A stretch of 43,939 nucleotides of DNA from Priapulus caudatus. Taxonomy: Eukaryota. The stretch's first letter is position 1; each line of letters starts with the position of its first letter. Under the pieces are notes generated by a model. The model saw nothing but the letters and a program-made list of their open reading frames with translations, did no database searches and was not told the origin of the DNA. Below are positions 1-13,080 of this stretch, in pieces. The stretch is taken from NCBI RefSeq assembly GCF_000485595.1, contig NW_014577071.1, positions 402,140 to 446,078 of the forward strand, in the 5' to 3' direction. The translations under genes were made by a program, and so were the position numbers.

Positions 1-57
1 ATAATAACATATGTTATTATAATAATAATTGTATATGTTGTAGCCGGTGTTTCTCAC

Positions 58-570
58 CTCGTCGGCTAGATTTTCCAGTTCCTTTTTATCGATATTCGCA
101 TTGCGTAGAAGCTGATCTAGACCTATCCACTCGCTAGCCAAACTCAACCGCAGGATCCTCGGGCCGAGACCCACGGACAGATATCCGCTGACGTCATCGC
201 CGTCGTCGGCGGCGACGCTCTCCTTAGAGTCGCCCGACGTCGGCTCCCGCGATTTTCCCTGTTCGCTACCAGCGGACGACGTCGGCCGTTCGGCGCTCGT
301 CGCTCTGCTGCGACCCGTATCCGGTTTCGACCGAGCGCCCTTCCTCGGCCGACCTGTCGGCGGCTTAGCGACGTCGCTGCGCTCCGGCACGGGCGACGTC
401 TTCTCCATCAAGCCGGACGTCGCCGAGCCGCGGCCTGTCGTCGACGCGTGTCCGTCGGCTGTCGACTTCGCGTCGGCTCCGCTGAGCTCGCCGCTGGCAC
501 GAGCTTGTCCCTGTTTGTGCAACGTCGTCGTCTTGCCGACGTCGCTCTTCACGCTGTCCGCGGAATGCCT
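58..570 (-). CDS. Duplicate copy of the GC-rich N-terminal exon of the TRPN-like gene
   Basis: 58-195 reads [52 protein letters not shown]; it aligns to ~7642-8450. Confidence 0.55.
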
Positions 571-1110
571 AATTGAATTATTAAAAAAACCGAATTAATT
601 GAGAAAGTTTGTTATCTAACCATATATAGCAAAAAAATTTAGAGCCATTAAATGTAGAATGTCGCCTTATAATGTTTAGCATTGATAATTGCTTTCACTT
701 GACACGCCACTGACATACAGTATCAAACCGTCATCCACACTGCGATCTATATATTTTTCATCATAATTTTAATCGATGAATACGGGCCATATAATGATGA
801 GTAGGCATAGTGTGGAGAAACGCACAAGTTGTCATTGTTGATAACTCAATCGTGGTTGTTCAAGGTCGTGGTGGCTCACACCGACACAACATACTCGAGG
901 TATAATAATTATGTAGATAGTATAGCAGCGAAGGAATGCTTTACAATATATTACGAAATAAATGGACAGAACTAGAAGCATGTAAAAACTAAACTCACAC
1001 AATACAATAACAAACCACTAGTGCGCACTATCGAAAGCTCTTGTGGGGGTAAATTGAATATGCAGATGATGTGAAATATATGTTATAATAAATATATAAT
1101 NNNNNNNNNN

Positions 1111-1300
1111 ACCTATTACCAGATTAATGTTACCTATTACCTATCACCAGATAAATGTTACCTATTACCTATCACCAGATAAATGTTACCTATTACCTAT
1201 CACCAGATAAATGTTACCTATTACCTATCACCAGATAAATGTTACCTATCGCCTATCACCGGATGAATGTCACCTGTCACCTATCACCAGATGAATGTCA
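1111..1300 (+). repeat. 28-bp minisatellite (ATGTTACCTATTACCTATCACCAGATAA)
   Basis: Tandem near-perfect units next to an N gap. Confidence 0.92.
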
Positions 1301-2894
1301 TCGCAGCATCGCTGTCGCAGTAGAGAAGATGACGATGATGCGGGTGCTGCTACCTGTTCACTGTAGGAACAACATAACCGTGGTGACGCAACATCGTTGT
1401 TGTTGTCGTTGTTGTTGTTGTTTAGTGTCGCAGGAATAGCAGGGTATCGGGGAAAAGAAGCCCATGCAGCGGCAATAGCAACACGGTGACGAAGATGCGT
1501 GGTAGACACACATGCACGCGCGGGGAAGGGTGGTTTATCCTGCATGGGAATCCACCTTGTTGCCTTCCATAGCGATCGGCGTTTGTTTCGCAAACACCAG
1601 CTAACTCACTCGGCACTCTTGTGACGTAGCTGGGGTGCGCATCGACGGGAAAATCGAGGTCGGTTGGCGACCGACTTACTGATGTCACACCCGCGCGTGA
1701 AGAATTATCCCTGTAGGCCCCCTAAACTCCTGCAATCAATACCTGTTAAGGCATAGGCAGGCGACTGACTAGTGGTAGTCGTAGCGAGTCACGCCACGCA
1801 CGTAAATGGAACGTGAGTGTTATGAATTCTACATCGTACCGTGCTCCGCGAGTAATTAACGGTAAAAGCTTTAACTCTGGGCGTCCATTCGCCAATATTA
1901 GCTAGTCGATACAGAGCAAACAATCGCTGACTGTTTCTGTTCACTGCTGCTCGGAAAAATTTCAACTTGGCGCGTACTGAGTAGCACCTTATTTCTCGAT
2001 TATGTCGCAGTTTCCAGGTAATATTTATAGTAGCACATCGATTACCTTTGTTCACGTTAATCGTTGGCTAATTGTCGACTGTGTGCACAATTCTAGGTGC
2101 TACGCACACGGTTAAAGTGTCTAGGAAATAAATAGAGCACGTGGCGCCTATTGTTATAATAAAGGCGCTATAGCCTCAGCCGTTATCACAAGTAAGTATC
2201 GCAAGTCAAAGTATGTATCGCTACGTCTTAGATAAGACAGTTGTATCTTTCTTTCCAACTAGGTTTTAGTATTCCTAAGCGGTATATTATCTTATATAGC
2301 CGAGCGTTCTTTAAGCAGTATCTTATGACAAATATGTCTTGTAAGAAGAAAAAACTACACAATATGAGACGTTAATTTATAACCGGCTTGAGCGTGTCAC
2401 GTGATACTCGACATGCGAGCCATCACGCACTTCCTACGCATGCGCAGTACTAACATGCTAGCAAAACAAACGAACAGTCCATCACTCGTTTTATTATTAT
2501 AAGTTAGGGGTAAAATTCTTGTTGTTACAAATTAGGTTGATTAAGCAATAACGTTTACAGTAGGACAGACCGCCACTTATTTTGTTATCGTAAGTTAGGC
2601 TGATATTTACCCTCTCTTATTCCCTCGCTTCATATCTCGCTCTCTTTAGCTTTCCCTCCATCGCCATGCTTTCATTCCTTCCCTCTTCTCTCATTTGCCC
2701 ACTCATAGTTCGCGTTCGTACGAATACAACTACTACACTGACTACACTAGCAGTAACACAATAGTCTGTATAATATATCTGTTATATAACTCACGCCGAT
2801 GTGTGCAGTACCGTACTTGGTCGTCGTGACCGTGTTAAATCGTTATTAAGATTGCTAGGCAAGGTGTTCCTACTTGCTACATCCACCTGATTTT

Positions 2895-3333
2895 TGCACC
2901 AGGGAGAAATACACATTTTACATACCAGGGTATTCGCTTATTTAGAATATGTCATGTGCTATTTTCAATAATCCTGAATAGCCGAGCTCGTAGAGCACGA
3001 CGTTACGTCTGAAAGGTCGTTGGTTCGAATCCGATCTGTTTCTTTTTTCTTTTTTTCTTTTTAGGGTTAGGGTTAGGGTTAGGGTTAGGTTAGGATTAGG
3101 GTTAGGGTTAGGGTTAGGGTTAGGGTTAGGGTTAGGGTTAGGGTTAGGGTTAGGGTTAGGGTTAGGGTTAGGGTTAGGGTTAGGGGTAGGGTTAGGGTTA
3201 GGGTTAGGGTTAGGGTTCACAATGCGTATACATGTGTACACATGCATGTGTATTATGGACCCGAGCGATCCCGAAGTTGCGCCCTACTACCGTTCGGCTA
3301 TTTCCGGAAAAATGTGTATTTCTCCCCGGTACA
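2895..3333. mobile_element. Non-autonomous inverted-repeat element containing tRNA-like A/B boxes and a telomeric array
   Basis: 25-bp inverted repeats TGCACCAGGGAGAAATACACATTTT (2895-2919) / AAAATGTGTATTTCTCCCCGGTACA (3309-3333). Confidence 0.6.
3061..3216 (+). repeat. Interstitial (TTAGGG)n array
   Basis: ~26 units with a few variants. Confidence 0.97.
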
Positions 3334-3494
3334 CGATTCCATACACCGTCACTCGCTCAGTCAGCAGCAACTGATCATGCCATGTGTGTATTACATGACA
3401 CTTACCGTGCACTAATTATCGTATATGGTGTATTATTATTAGGTAGAGTGATTGCAACGTCATCACGAGGTTAACGTCGATTTCTAATGCTTAC

Positions 3495-3608
3495 GAGATC
3501 CTGCGATAACCTCGCGTCTTTACCAGAAACCTTGAGTAGGATTTGTATGATGCTTAGCTGGACGAGCTGGCGGGCACAAGCCACGTGTAGCGGCAATTGG
3601 CCTCTATC
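3495..3608 (-). CDS. Ankyrin-repeat exon (intact)
   Basis: tgtttcag|[38 protein letters not shown]|gtaagc; 114 nt, phase 0/0. Confidence 0.82.
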
Positions 3609-4172
3609 CTGAAACACAGATGATTACAATAATGAAGAACATGATCATGACACCTATTCGATATGTCCGTTGATATGTTAATATAATATTGAACTAATCT
3701 TATACGCTTACGCCCACGATATATGTATATATATATGTATATATATACATAACACATAATGTACATAACCACACATTATATATATATATAAATTATATAA
3801 TATTATATGTATATATATTAATATATATATATATATATTGAATTAATGTGTGCGAAAGCTCAGGTAATTGTTTAATGTAAGCCTATAATGCAGCCCTATG
3901 TGGGCGTTCGTAGCAACAGGGCATATGGCGCTAAATTGGCGGTGACCACCAGGGAAATTAGGTTTTCCCGAAAACAAGCAACGCAGGTAGGTTCGCATAA
4001 CAGCGTTTCCTGCGTTATGTATGCCGGCCTAATGCACACACCACACCGGGCGGCGCGCACACACGCACACGCACACACACACATCACACACCCACCGCGA
4101 GCGCGCACCGCACACACGCACACGCACACACACACACATACGCACGCCACGCATGCACGCACACGCACGCAC

Positions 4173-4209
<37 letters not shown>

Positions 4210-6188
4210 CCCACGCACGCGCGCACACACACACACACACACCCATTTGCCTTCGTGCTTTCAATGCGTATATTCTTCTGATGTATATGTCATAAAGCGG
4301 TTTTAGTATTAATTGACGACATTATTATATGGAACAGTGTGTCGTGATGAAAACGTATTCATATGTAGCATACGTACACTAATAGCAGTAAATACTCATC
4401 TACGCAATAAATATATTCAATGCTCACTCCTATAATTATAAAAATTAAGTGCGATCACTCAGGTGCCATTACCTACATTTATGCTAGCTTTTACGAGTAC
4501 GATTGTTATTAGATTTTACAATACTTGAATTAGTGTTCACTATTATTATAGTAGTAACCACCATGATATCAGGAAACAGACAACATCCACATTACCCGCC
4601 GGACAAATACACGGCCCGGACACCCCGCGGCATACCCCCGTGTCGGCCACAATACCCGCCGTACAAATCACCCAGACTACCCCCGGACAATCAAACCACC
4701 CGAACAATTACCCCGACAAATNNNNNNNNNNNNNNNNNNNNNNNNNNNNNNNNNNNNNNNNNNNNNNNNNNNNNNNNNNNNNNNNNNNNNNNNNNNNNNN
4801 NNNNNNNNNNNNNNNNNNNNNNNNNNNNNNNNNNNNNNNNNNNNNNNNNNNNNNNNNNNNNNNNNNNNNNNNNNNNNNNNNNNNNNNNNNNNNNNNNNNN
4901 NNNNNNNNGCTATCGGGACATTTACCCCCGGACAATTACCCCCCCGCGACATTGTTTTGAATCACCGCGCCGTGAGCAATTAGTCCCCCCCCGGAACGAT
5001 TAACCATACCGACGGACCGGCGACCGGACCGGAGCGGACCGGTAGTATACCTATTATTACATGTATGGCCGTACGCGTGCAATGACGGTTTACATCTCAC
5101 GCTGCTTTATTGCGGCTATTAAATGGTGAGTTTGTGCTTTGCAAATAAATATAGAAGCATACTATATCTCGCTTATTCTCGCGGATTTGATGTGTATTAG
5201 TGCTTTAAGACGTAATTTCCCAGACATCACTGTCTATGTATCATTGCTCATCGTTCTGTAACATATTATAATCGTGATGTAGGTGTAAGTGTGGACATAT
5301 TCGTATGTTAGCGTGAAGTGTTGCGAATGATTGATTTCGTATGTGGCGTGTAAATGTAGACATAATCGTATGTACGCGAAGTGTGGACCAAGTACACTAG
5401 CTTCCGATAACGCATTACTGTGCTGTAAACAATGGTGGCGTCTGCTCTCTTTCCCAGTAGCGTCTTGCATAATGCATCTTCTTTTGCGAACCACGCCGCG
5501 CAAAATGCAGAACTTGTATCTACCATCTACGCGACGGCGAATACAAAAAACGAATAAAAAACGGTGACCAATAACGACGATAACTAATTATTTCACGCTA
5601 AATAAGAAATACGTTGTAGGCAAAAAACATATTAAAATTAAATGTATTGCTAAGTAAAAGTAAAGAGCTTATTTCACTCTCACGTTGTCAATACGCAAGA
5701 AATGTGGAAAAAAATCGCGACATAAATTGTAATGTTAACAAATTATCCAGACCGATATACGCAGACGCATGTAGCGTGCGTTATTCGCGGGGATTGCGTT
5801 AGCCGATTGTGCGATATTGTGTAACAGATATCTATTATTCTATATACTATATATATGTTATATGGTTAATATGTTATGTAGGCCTATGTGTAATGCCAGA
5901 TTTATGTTATCTGCATTATAGGAGGACACAGATGGCACCGCCTGGGGAAGCTCGCGCCGACGGTATACATACCCTTGCTTGCGCGTTACCGCGCGCATCC
6001 AGATCCAAGCAGTTTGTTCGACAGTTGCTAATTTGTTGTCTTTCACAGCCATCATAAGAGGCGTCACGCCAGTGCCTGAAAAAATATAAATTGGTATATA
6101 TATTAATATATATAGAAAAGAGAGAGAGAAGAAAAGAAAGAGGGATGAGCTGAGACTGAGGGAGAGAGAAAGATCATTAAGAAAGACG

Positions 6189-6227
<39 letters not shown>

Positions 6228-6551
6228 AAGAGAGGAGAGAGAGCAGAGAGAGGAAAGGGCAGCGAAAAAAAAAAAAAAAAATAAAATATAGAATGCCGTC
6301 GGCTTACCATGTAGGTAATGTCTTTGAATAGCTTATATCAGGCTCATTCGTTGAGTGGTATTATTCACTATATCGAAGAATTATTAGTCGTTCTGTAAAA
6401 ATAAGCAAAACAGTAAGTCTAAATTTGATAAGTCCTATTTCTCTCTCTCTCTTCTCTCTCTCTCTCTACCTCTCTCTCTCTCTCTTCTCTCTCTCTCTTT
6501 GTTATTTTTTCTCTATTTCTCTCTTCTCTCCTTCTCTCTCTCTCTCTTCTT

Positions 6552-6612
<61 letters not shown>

Positions 6613-8458
6613 CTCTCTCCTATATATATTATACACACACACACATCTATAAGTATAGTTATATATATTATTCGGCAATGATCGAAAGGAATGTTACAGG
6701 AGGCTAGAATATTATCGCGATTAAATTATTAAAACAAACCGAATTGATTGAGAAATTTTGTTATCTAACCATATTAAAGCAAAAAAAAATTAGAGCCATT
6801 AAATGTGGAACTGTCGCCTTATAGGTTTAGCATTGATAATCGCCTTTCACTTGACACTTCCACGGAATACAGTACTTAAACCGTCATCCACCTGCGGATT
6901 TACATGTTTTCGATCATAATTTGAATCGATGAATACGGGCCGATATAATGATGGTAGGCTCAGTGTGAGCAAACGGCCACAAGTAGTGTCATTGCTTGCA
7001 TAACTCAATCGTGGTTATTCAACGGTCGTGGTGGCTCACACCGACACAATCATACTCGAGGCGTATAAGTAATTATGTAGATAGTTTAGCAGCGAAGGAA
7101 TGCTTTACATATTTACGAATAAATGTGACAGAACATATAGGAAGCATGTTATAAAAGTAAACTTACACAGTTAGACTCGAACTTAACAGAGACCACTAGT
7201 GAGACACTTGTGACTGCATTGCGTTTGTGGTGATGAACATAATAAAAAATAACATTCGTTTCTTGCATCTCCTACTTGTATACGCATTCCGTATTCATTT
7301 CCATTTCCATTGAGTACGAAAAATGACAGCGTATACTCGCAGAGTGATATCAGAAAAACATACGTAGCAGCAAAAGACGCGTAGAAATTTTAGGCGGCGA
7401 AACAATCGCGGTCAGCGTGCGACGGTATCGGAGAGCGTGTTGGCGCCGCTACATTGGACAATCCGCTATATACAGATGATGTGATATATGTTATAATAAA
7501 GTATATAATATATAATTAATGAATGTCTAGTGTCAATGCATTAACTATGATGATGTTTTACTTACTTTATATAAGAATACTGTACTAACATATGTTATTA
7601 TAATAATGCAACTTGTATATGTTGTAGCCGATGTTTCTCACGCTGCGTCGGCTAGATTTTCCAGTTCCTTCTTTATCTCGTATCGCCGATTAGCGTAAGA
7701 AGCTGATCTAGACCTTTCACTCGCTACGCCAACTCTCAACTCCGCAGGATCTCGGCCGAGGACCCACGGTAAGATGGGATCGCGCCGCTGACGTCATCGC
7801 CGTCGTCGGTCGGGCGACGCTCTCCTTAGCGAGGTTCCGCTCGTGACGTCGCTTCCCGCGATTTTTGCTCCTTGTTCGCTACTCCGCGGAGCCTGTTTAG
7901 AAGTTACAACTCATAAACTCTCGCGCTCTATTTATTGTTAACGTCGTGTATTAGTTGTATGCTACTTAGCATGTTGAAAAGTACTCGGTGTTTCTCTCGC
8001 TTCGGCGGCGCTCGCTCGCGCGGCTTCTCTCTCGCTAGATCAGTACCGCGCTGGCGTAAGATTGCGACTTAGTTGGTTTCGCGATACGGAGTGGCGGCCA
8101 TTCCTCGCGTGTAGAAATAAAAATCTGATCTGGGACGCTGTGAGTGCGTTGACCGAGGAATACCCGCTTAGTAATGCTCTAGTACTTATCTGAGTCGTGC
8201 GCTCTTCTCTCAGATCCTCGAATCGGGGCGCTGATATTAGATGCCTTCTCTATAACGCACTTCCATTACGCTCCCTGATAACTGTCGCCGGAGCCGCGGC
8301 TGTTCGTCGGACGCGTGTCCCGTCGGCTGTCGCTTCGCGGTCGGCTCTCGCTGCAGCTCGCGGCTGGCACGAGCAAGCTTGTCCCTCGTTTGTGCAACGT
8401 CGTCGTCTGCGACGTCGCTGCTTCAGCGCTGTCCGCGGGAATGCCTCGGAGCATCCAT
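3495..8458 (-). CDS. 5' portion of an ankyrin-repeat gene resembling TRPN/NompC (partial; several exons frameshifted)
   Basis: Ordered exons ~7642-8458, 5973-6075, 5419-5526 and 3495-3608 give ..RILRLSL.SEWIGLDQLL..LADE (read from the cleaner duplicate at 58-570) / [19 protein letters not shown] / [25 protein letters not shown] / [31 protein letters not shown]. This parallels the first ankyrin repeats of NompC as recalled. Confidence 0.65.
4058..4243 (+). repeat. CA/CACG microsatellite
   Basis: Direct inspection. Confidence 0.9.
4590..4950 (+). repeat. GGACAATTACCCC-type subrepeat element spanning an N gap (4722-4908)
   Basis: Repeated CCGGACAATTACCCC-like units on both sides of the gap. 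Confidence 0.6.
5419..5526 (-). CDS. Ankyrin-repeat exon (frameshifted as assembled)
   Basis: AG/GT flanks; DGR..LHF then [22 protein letters not shown] across small indels. Confidence 0.62.
5973..6075 (-). CDS. Ankyrin-repeat exon (frameshifted as assembled)
   Basis: ttttttcag|..[19 protein letters not shown] then a shifted KLLDL..AQAR|gtatgt. Confidence 0.72.
6118..6620. repeat. (GA)n tract followed by (CT)n tract
   Basis: Purine tract 6118-6260, pyrimidine tract 6440-6620. Confidence 0.9.
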
Positions 8459-10345
8459 GATCATCTCGGCCTCGATGTATCACAGATAAATGTTACTCTC
8501 ACCTAATCACAAACGGATAAATGTTACCCTCCACCTATCTACCAGAAAATGCTTACCTATTACCTATCACCAGATGAATGTTACGTAAACACTATTAACC
8601 AGATAGAATGTTACCTATTACCTATCACCAGATCGACATGAGCTTACGTATCAACTCATTACCAGATGTCAATGTTACCTTATTACCTACACCAATAAAT
8701 GTTACTATTTACTATCACCAGATAATTTCATATTCTATCACCCAGATAAAATGTTACCTATTTACCTATCACCAGTAAATTGTTACACTATTACCTATTC
8801 ACCAATGAGATGTTACTATTTACTATCACCAGATAATGTTACCTATTTACCTATCACCAAGATAAATGCTTACCTATCGCCTTATCACGGGATGAAATTG
8901 GCAAGCTGTACCTATCACCAGATGAATGTGCATCGCAAGCATCGCTTGTCGCAGTAGAGGAGATGACGATGATGCGGGTGACTGCTACCTGGCCACTGTA
9001 GAACAAATTAACCGATAGGTGACGCAACATCGCTTGTTGTTGTCGTGTTGTTTTGTTTATGATGTCGCAGGAATACGCAGGGCTATCGGGGAAAGAAGCC
9101 CCAGCGGCAATAGCACACGCGTTGGATCGAAGTGCGTGGTAGAACAACATGCAACGCGCCGGGAAAAGGGTGGTTTATCCTGCATGGGAATCCACCTTGT
9201 TGCCGTTATCAAGCGATCTGGCGTTCTGTTTTCGCCAAATACACCAGCTAACTCACTCGGCACTCTTGTGAAGTAGCGGCTCGGGGTGCCGCAATCGACG
9301 GGGAAAATCTGGAGGTCGGTTGTGCGACCGACTTACTGATGTCCACACCGCGCGGGTTGAAGAATCTATCCCTGTAGGCCACCCTAAAATTCTCCTGCCA
9401 ATCAATACCTGTTAAGGCATAGGCAGGCGACTGGACTAGTGGTAGTCTAAGCGAGTCACGCACGCACGTAAATGGAACTGTGAGTGTGGTATTGAATTCT
9501 ACATCGTACCGTGCTCCGCGAGTAATTATAACGGCTAAAGCTTTAGCTCTGGGCGTCATTCGCCATATATTACTAGTCGATACACGAGCCAACAATCACT
9601 GACTGTGTTCTGCATTCACTGGTGCTCGGAAAATTTCAAATTGGGCGGCCGTACTGCAGCTAGCACTTATTTCCCTCGCATTCATCTGTCCGGCAAGTTT
9701 CCCAGCGTCTAATATTATATAGTAGCACATCGATTACCTTTGTTCACTGTAATCGTTCGCTAAATTGTCGACTGTTGGTGCCACAATTTAGGTGCTTACG
9801 CACACGGTTAAGTTGTCTAGGAAATAAATAGAGCAAAACGTGGCGCCTATTGTTATAATAAAGGCGCTATATGTGACTCAGCGTTATCACAAGGTAGTAT
9901 TCGAAGTCAAAAGTATGTATCGCTGACGTCTATAGATAAACAGTTATGTATCTTTCTTTCCAACTAGGTTTAGCTATTCCTGCCGATATACTTATATAGC
10001 GTACGCCCCGCCCCCCCCACGTTCTTTAAGCAGTATCTGATGACAAATATGTCTTGTAAGAGAAAAAACTATCACAATATGAGACGTTAATTTAAAACCT
10101 GCTGAAGCGTGTCACGTGGTACTCGACATGCGAGCCATCGCCCGCACTTACGTACGCATGCGCATGATAACATTGCTAGCAAAATAAACGACAGTCATCA
10201 CTCGTTTTTATTTATTATAATGTTTCAGCGGGTAAATTCTTTTGTTTGTACAAATATAAGAGTATGATTAATAAGCAATAACGTTTTAACAGTAGGGACA
10301 GACCGCCACTTATTTTGTTATCGCTATTTTAGGCTGGATATTTTC
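6714..10345 (+). repeat. Indel-rich duplicate of window positions 1-2610 (blocks in different order)
   Basis: 1-570 ~ 7585-8450; 570-1030 ~ 6720-7205; 1111-2608 ~ 8480-10345. Differences are mostly 1-2 nt indels. Confidence 0.92.
8480..8930 (+). repeat. Same 28-bp minisatellite, noisy copy
   Basis: Roughly 15 degenerate units with random indels. Confidence 0.88.
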
Positions 10346-10510
10346 TTTTGTTATTATAAATTAGGTTGATTAAGCAATAACGTTTACAGTAGGACAGACC
10401 GCCACTTATTTTGTTATCATAAGTGAGGCTGATATTTTTTGTTATTATAAATTAGGTTGATTAAGTAATAACGTTTACCGTAGACCAGACCGTCACTAAT
10501 TTTTTTTATT
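10255..10510 (+). repeat. ~92-bp tandem repeat, ~3 units
   Basis: AAGCAATAACGTTTACAGTAGGACAGACCGCCACTTATTTT recurs three times; there is a single copy at 2520-2608. Confidence 0.8.
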
Positions 10511-10809
10511 TTTAAGTTTATTTTTAAGTATAGGGGTACTATCGTTTTTGATATATATGTCCGGTTAACTCTAATGTGTATTACAAATAGAAAGCCACAG
10601 AAAATACCGGACGCGTTTGACAATTGAGGTTGATTCCGCGGCTAGTCAAATGCAAGTTTTGAAAAAAATTGTTTAGATGTTTAACTATGTACACCTGTAT
10701 GCAGATTTTCACGCACACACATGCACGCATACGCATATGCACAGACACATGCACTTAACATTCACATTCACAAGCACATGCATGGGGGAGCGAAAGTTGT
10801 GGAAGATTG

Positions 10810-11310
10810 TGCAAAACCTCTTATATACAAGTGTTCTGGAATCTAAGCGTCTTAATGGGGGTCGATAATATTTATTTTGGCAAATATACAGGACAAGCGC
10901 AAACGCTTTACAGTCACACACACACATATATATGTACACATGCTTTGCTACAGCTTAAGCAAACAGGGTGACCGCTCTAATAAGACAAAGTTGGCTAGAA
11001 TGTATATTTAAGCAAAACCTCTTCTATACAAGTGTTCCATGATCTAAGCGTCTTAAGGGGAGTCGATAATATTCATTTTGGCAAATACACAGGGCAAGCT
11101 CAAGCGCATTATAGTGACACACATATATGTACACATGCCTTTAGTACAGTGTAGAGACCTCTCTATCTCTCTCTCTCGTTCGCTCGCTCTCTCTCTCTCG
11201 CGCGCGCTCTCTCTCTCTCTCTCTGTCTCTCTCTCGCTCTCTTTCTCTGTAATAAGACACGGTCGACTAGAATTTATTTAAGCAAAACGTCTTCTATCCA
11301 TGAGTGTTGG
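10810..11310 (+). repeat. ~200-270 bp degenerate tandem repeat
   Basis: GCAAAACCTCTT.TATACAAGTGTT at 10811, 11012 and, partially, 11282. Confidence 0.75.
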
Positions 11311-13001
11311 TTGTTTGTGCACAATGACGACTTGATAATACTGAATATAGCATGCACTCGGCATCCGTAAACAGAACATATATATACATGCATATCCGTT
11401 AATGCTACACTAGAGTAAATGAACGCGGATTTCTTCCTCTCTAATAAAAAAAAGTTTCCGTCTAAAAATATTAGCGGTGACTTTATTTTGTGCACGGGGC
11501 AATGAAGTTAAAATAATTTAAACGTTAAGAGTCGGTCTTGTAAATAGACGTATTGAGCAGCGATCAAATGGCACGTTTTTTATATTGATTTGTTGGAAAT
11601 ATCGGAGGTAGGACATGATTTCCGTCGTGCACAGGAAATGTCATTTTTGCTATAGGAAGGTAGGCGATGTTTATTGATGTGTAAATATTCATGCGATGTA
11701 AATGTGCTTTATTTCCCGAGGGGAATAAAATACGTTACTCTTGATTAATACAGCGTCAAGTGCAGCCTGGTGAATACGTTTACCACTCGGCGTCGTCTAT
11801 ACAGCAGATGGCGTGACGCAAGGTTACCGTGACTTAGATGTATAATTGAGAAGACATAGCGAAACCAGCAGGGGTAAATAATAGTAGATATTATGCGAAT
11901 AATATTCGCATTTTAAAGGTTTATGCTTACACGCTGGGGTCGTAGGGTTGAATGTTTTATTCACCAGGTTACACTACACCGGGTGCTATCATGTTCGATC
12001 ACAAAAACATGTCGTTCGTGTTTATTTTTTCTTTATTAACACCGATTTCCTAATGATTTTAATGCATATGATGTTTATGCGCGTTATTTTAATGCCTGCC
12101 GAAGTCATCGTAACTACGTAGTCGCAATTACGTGCAGAAATTTCCGTGTCTTATCAAGTCTAAAACCACACGCGAAAACAAGAGGGCGCGTCGATCGCAC
12201 TGAGGCGCTTGTAAAAACGGGGCATTTATATTAGTATAAAGAACATAGTACCTTACTGCGCTCAGCTCTATGTATATTTTTACTATTCGTTTTAGGATAA
12301 ATAATTGCACTTATATATAGTGTAATAGTTTTTTGTGTAATAATTCAACGTAGGCCCCTATATGAAATATGTGGTGATATCGGCGCGCAGTCGCCCGACC
12401 GGGCTGCGAGACCAACGCCACCACACAAAGTAATAAGTCCTCCGGCCTGTCTTTAGAACTATTCATCCTTCAACGTGCGACCATTCATCTTCGGAGCTAT
12501 AGAAGCGCAGCAGTGCCACACGGTGCCCACCAACTACCATGCACCCAAAGAGCTAAATATAACATAATGTAATATAGCAGTTATATTTAGCTCCTTGCAT
12601 GCCAACCACCCACCACCCACGCGTCACGAAGCATCCGGCGCACCTCTCGAGTCTCGAAGCTTTAATCCGCATGGCGTATATCTACGGTGCTGTTATCGAC
12701 CTGGCTTCGTCCGCTCATGCTGTGTATGCGGCGAGCTTGTGTGATATACGGTGAGCTTGGCTTATAGTGAGTCGGTATTCTCTTTCGCACGTTTCGCGAT
12801 TATTTACGCATGACTCCGGGTACTTTCGTCTCGAGAAGCCGCAGCTGATCTGAGTGCAAGCAGATGCCCAGTATAGAATTTTGGCAGTAAGTAGGGCTGG
12901 GTAGGATTTCAGACGAGCGGTGGACTTCACGTGGGATCGGAGCTTTGTCTAATTGAATCGTTGCGACATTCGTTTGGTAGCTAATGTCGCCGACAGATGG
13001 C

Positions 13002-13080
13002 GCCGGAATCGGCGCTCTCACGGTTAAGGCAGAGGTTGATTTAAGTGCTCTGCCTTAACCGTGAGAGCGCCAATTCCGGC
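13002..13080. repeat. Near-perfect hairpin: 33-bp stem, 13-nt loop
   Basis: GCCGGAATCGGCGCTCTCACGGTTAAGGCAGAG / CTCTGCCTTAACCGTGAGAGCGCCAATTCCGGC, one mismatch. Confidence 0.9.

Noticed and set aside
1270..2055. Minus-strand ORFs in the duplicated block as further TRPN-like exons
   Set aside because: No recognisable homology, and frames are not preserved between the copies; may be UTR or intron.
2975..3036. tRNA gene
   Set aside because: A/B boxes are present, but I cannot build a convincing acceptor stem or cloverleaf.
3061..3216. True telomere or telomerase RNA
   Set aside because: Short, internal and flanked by inverted repeats. A telomerase template would be ~1.5 complementary units, not 26.
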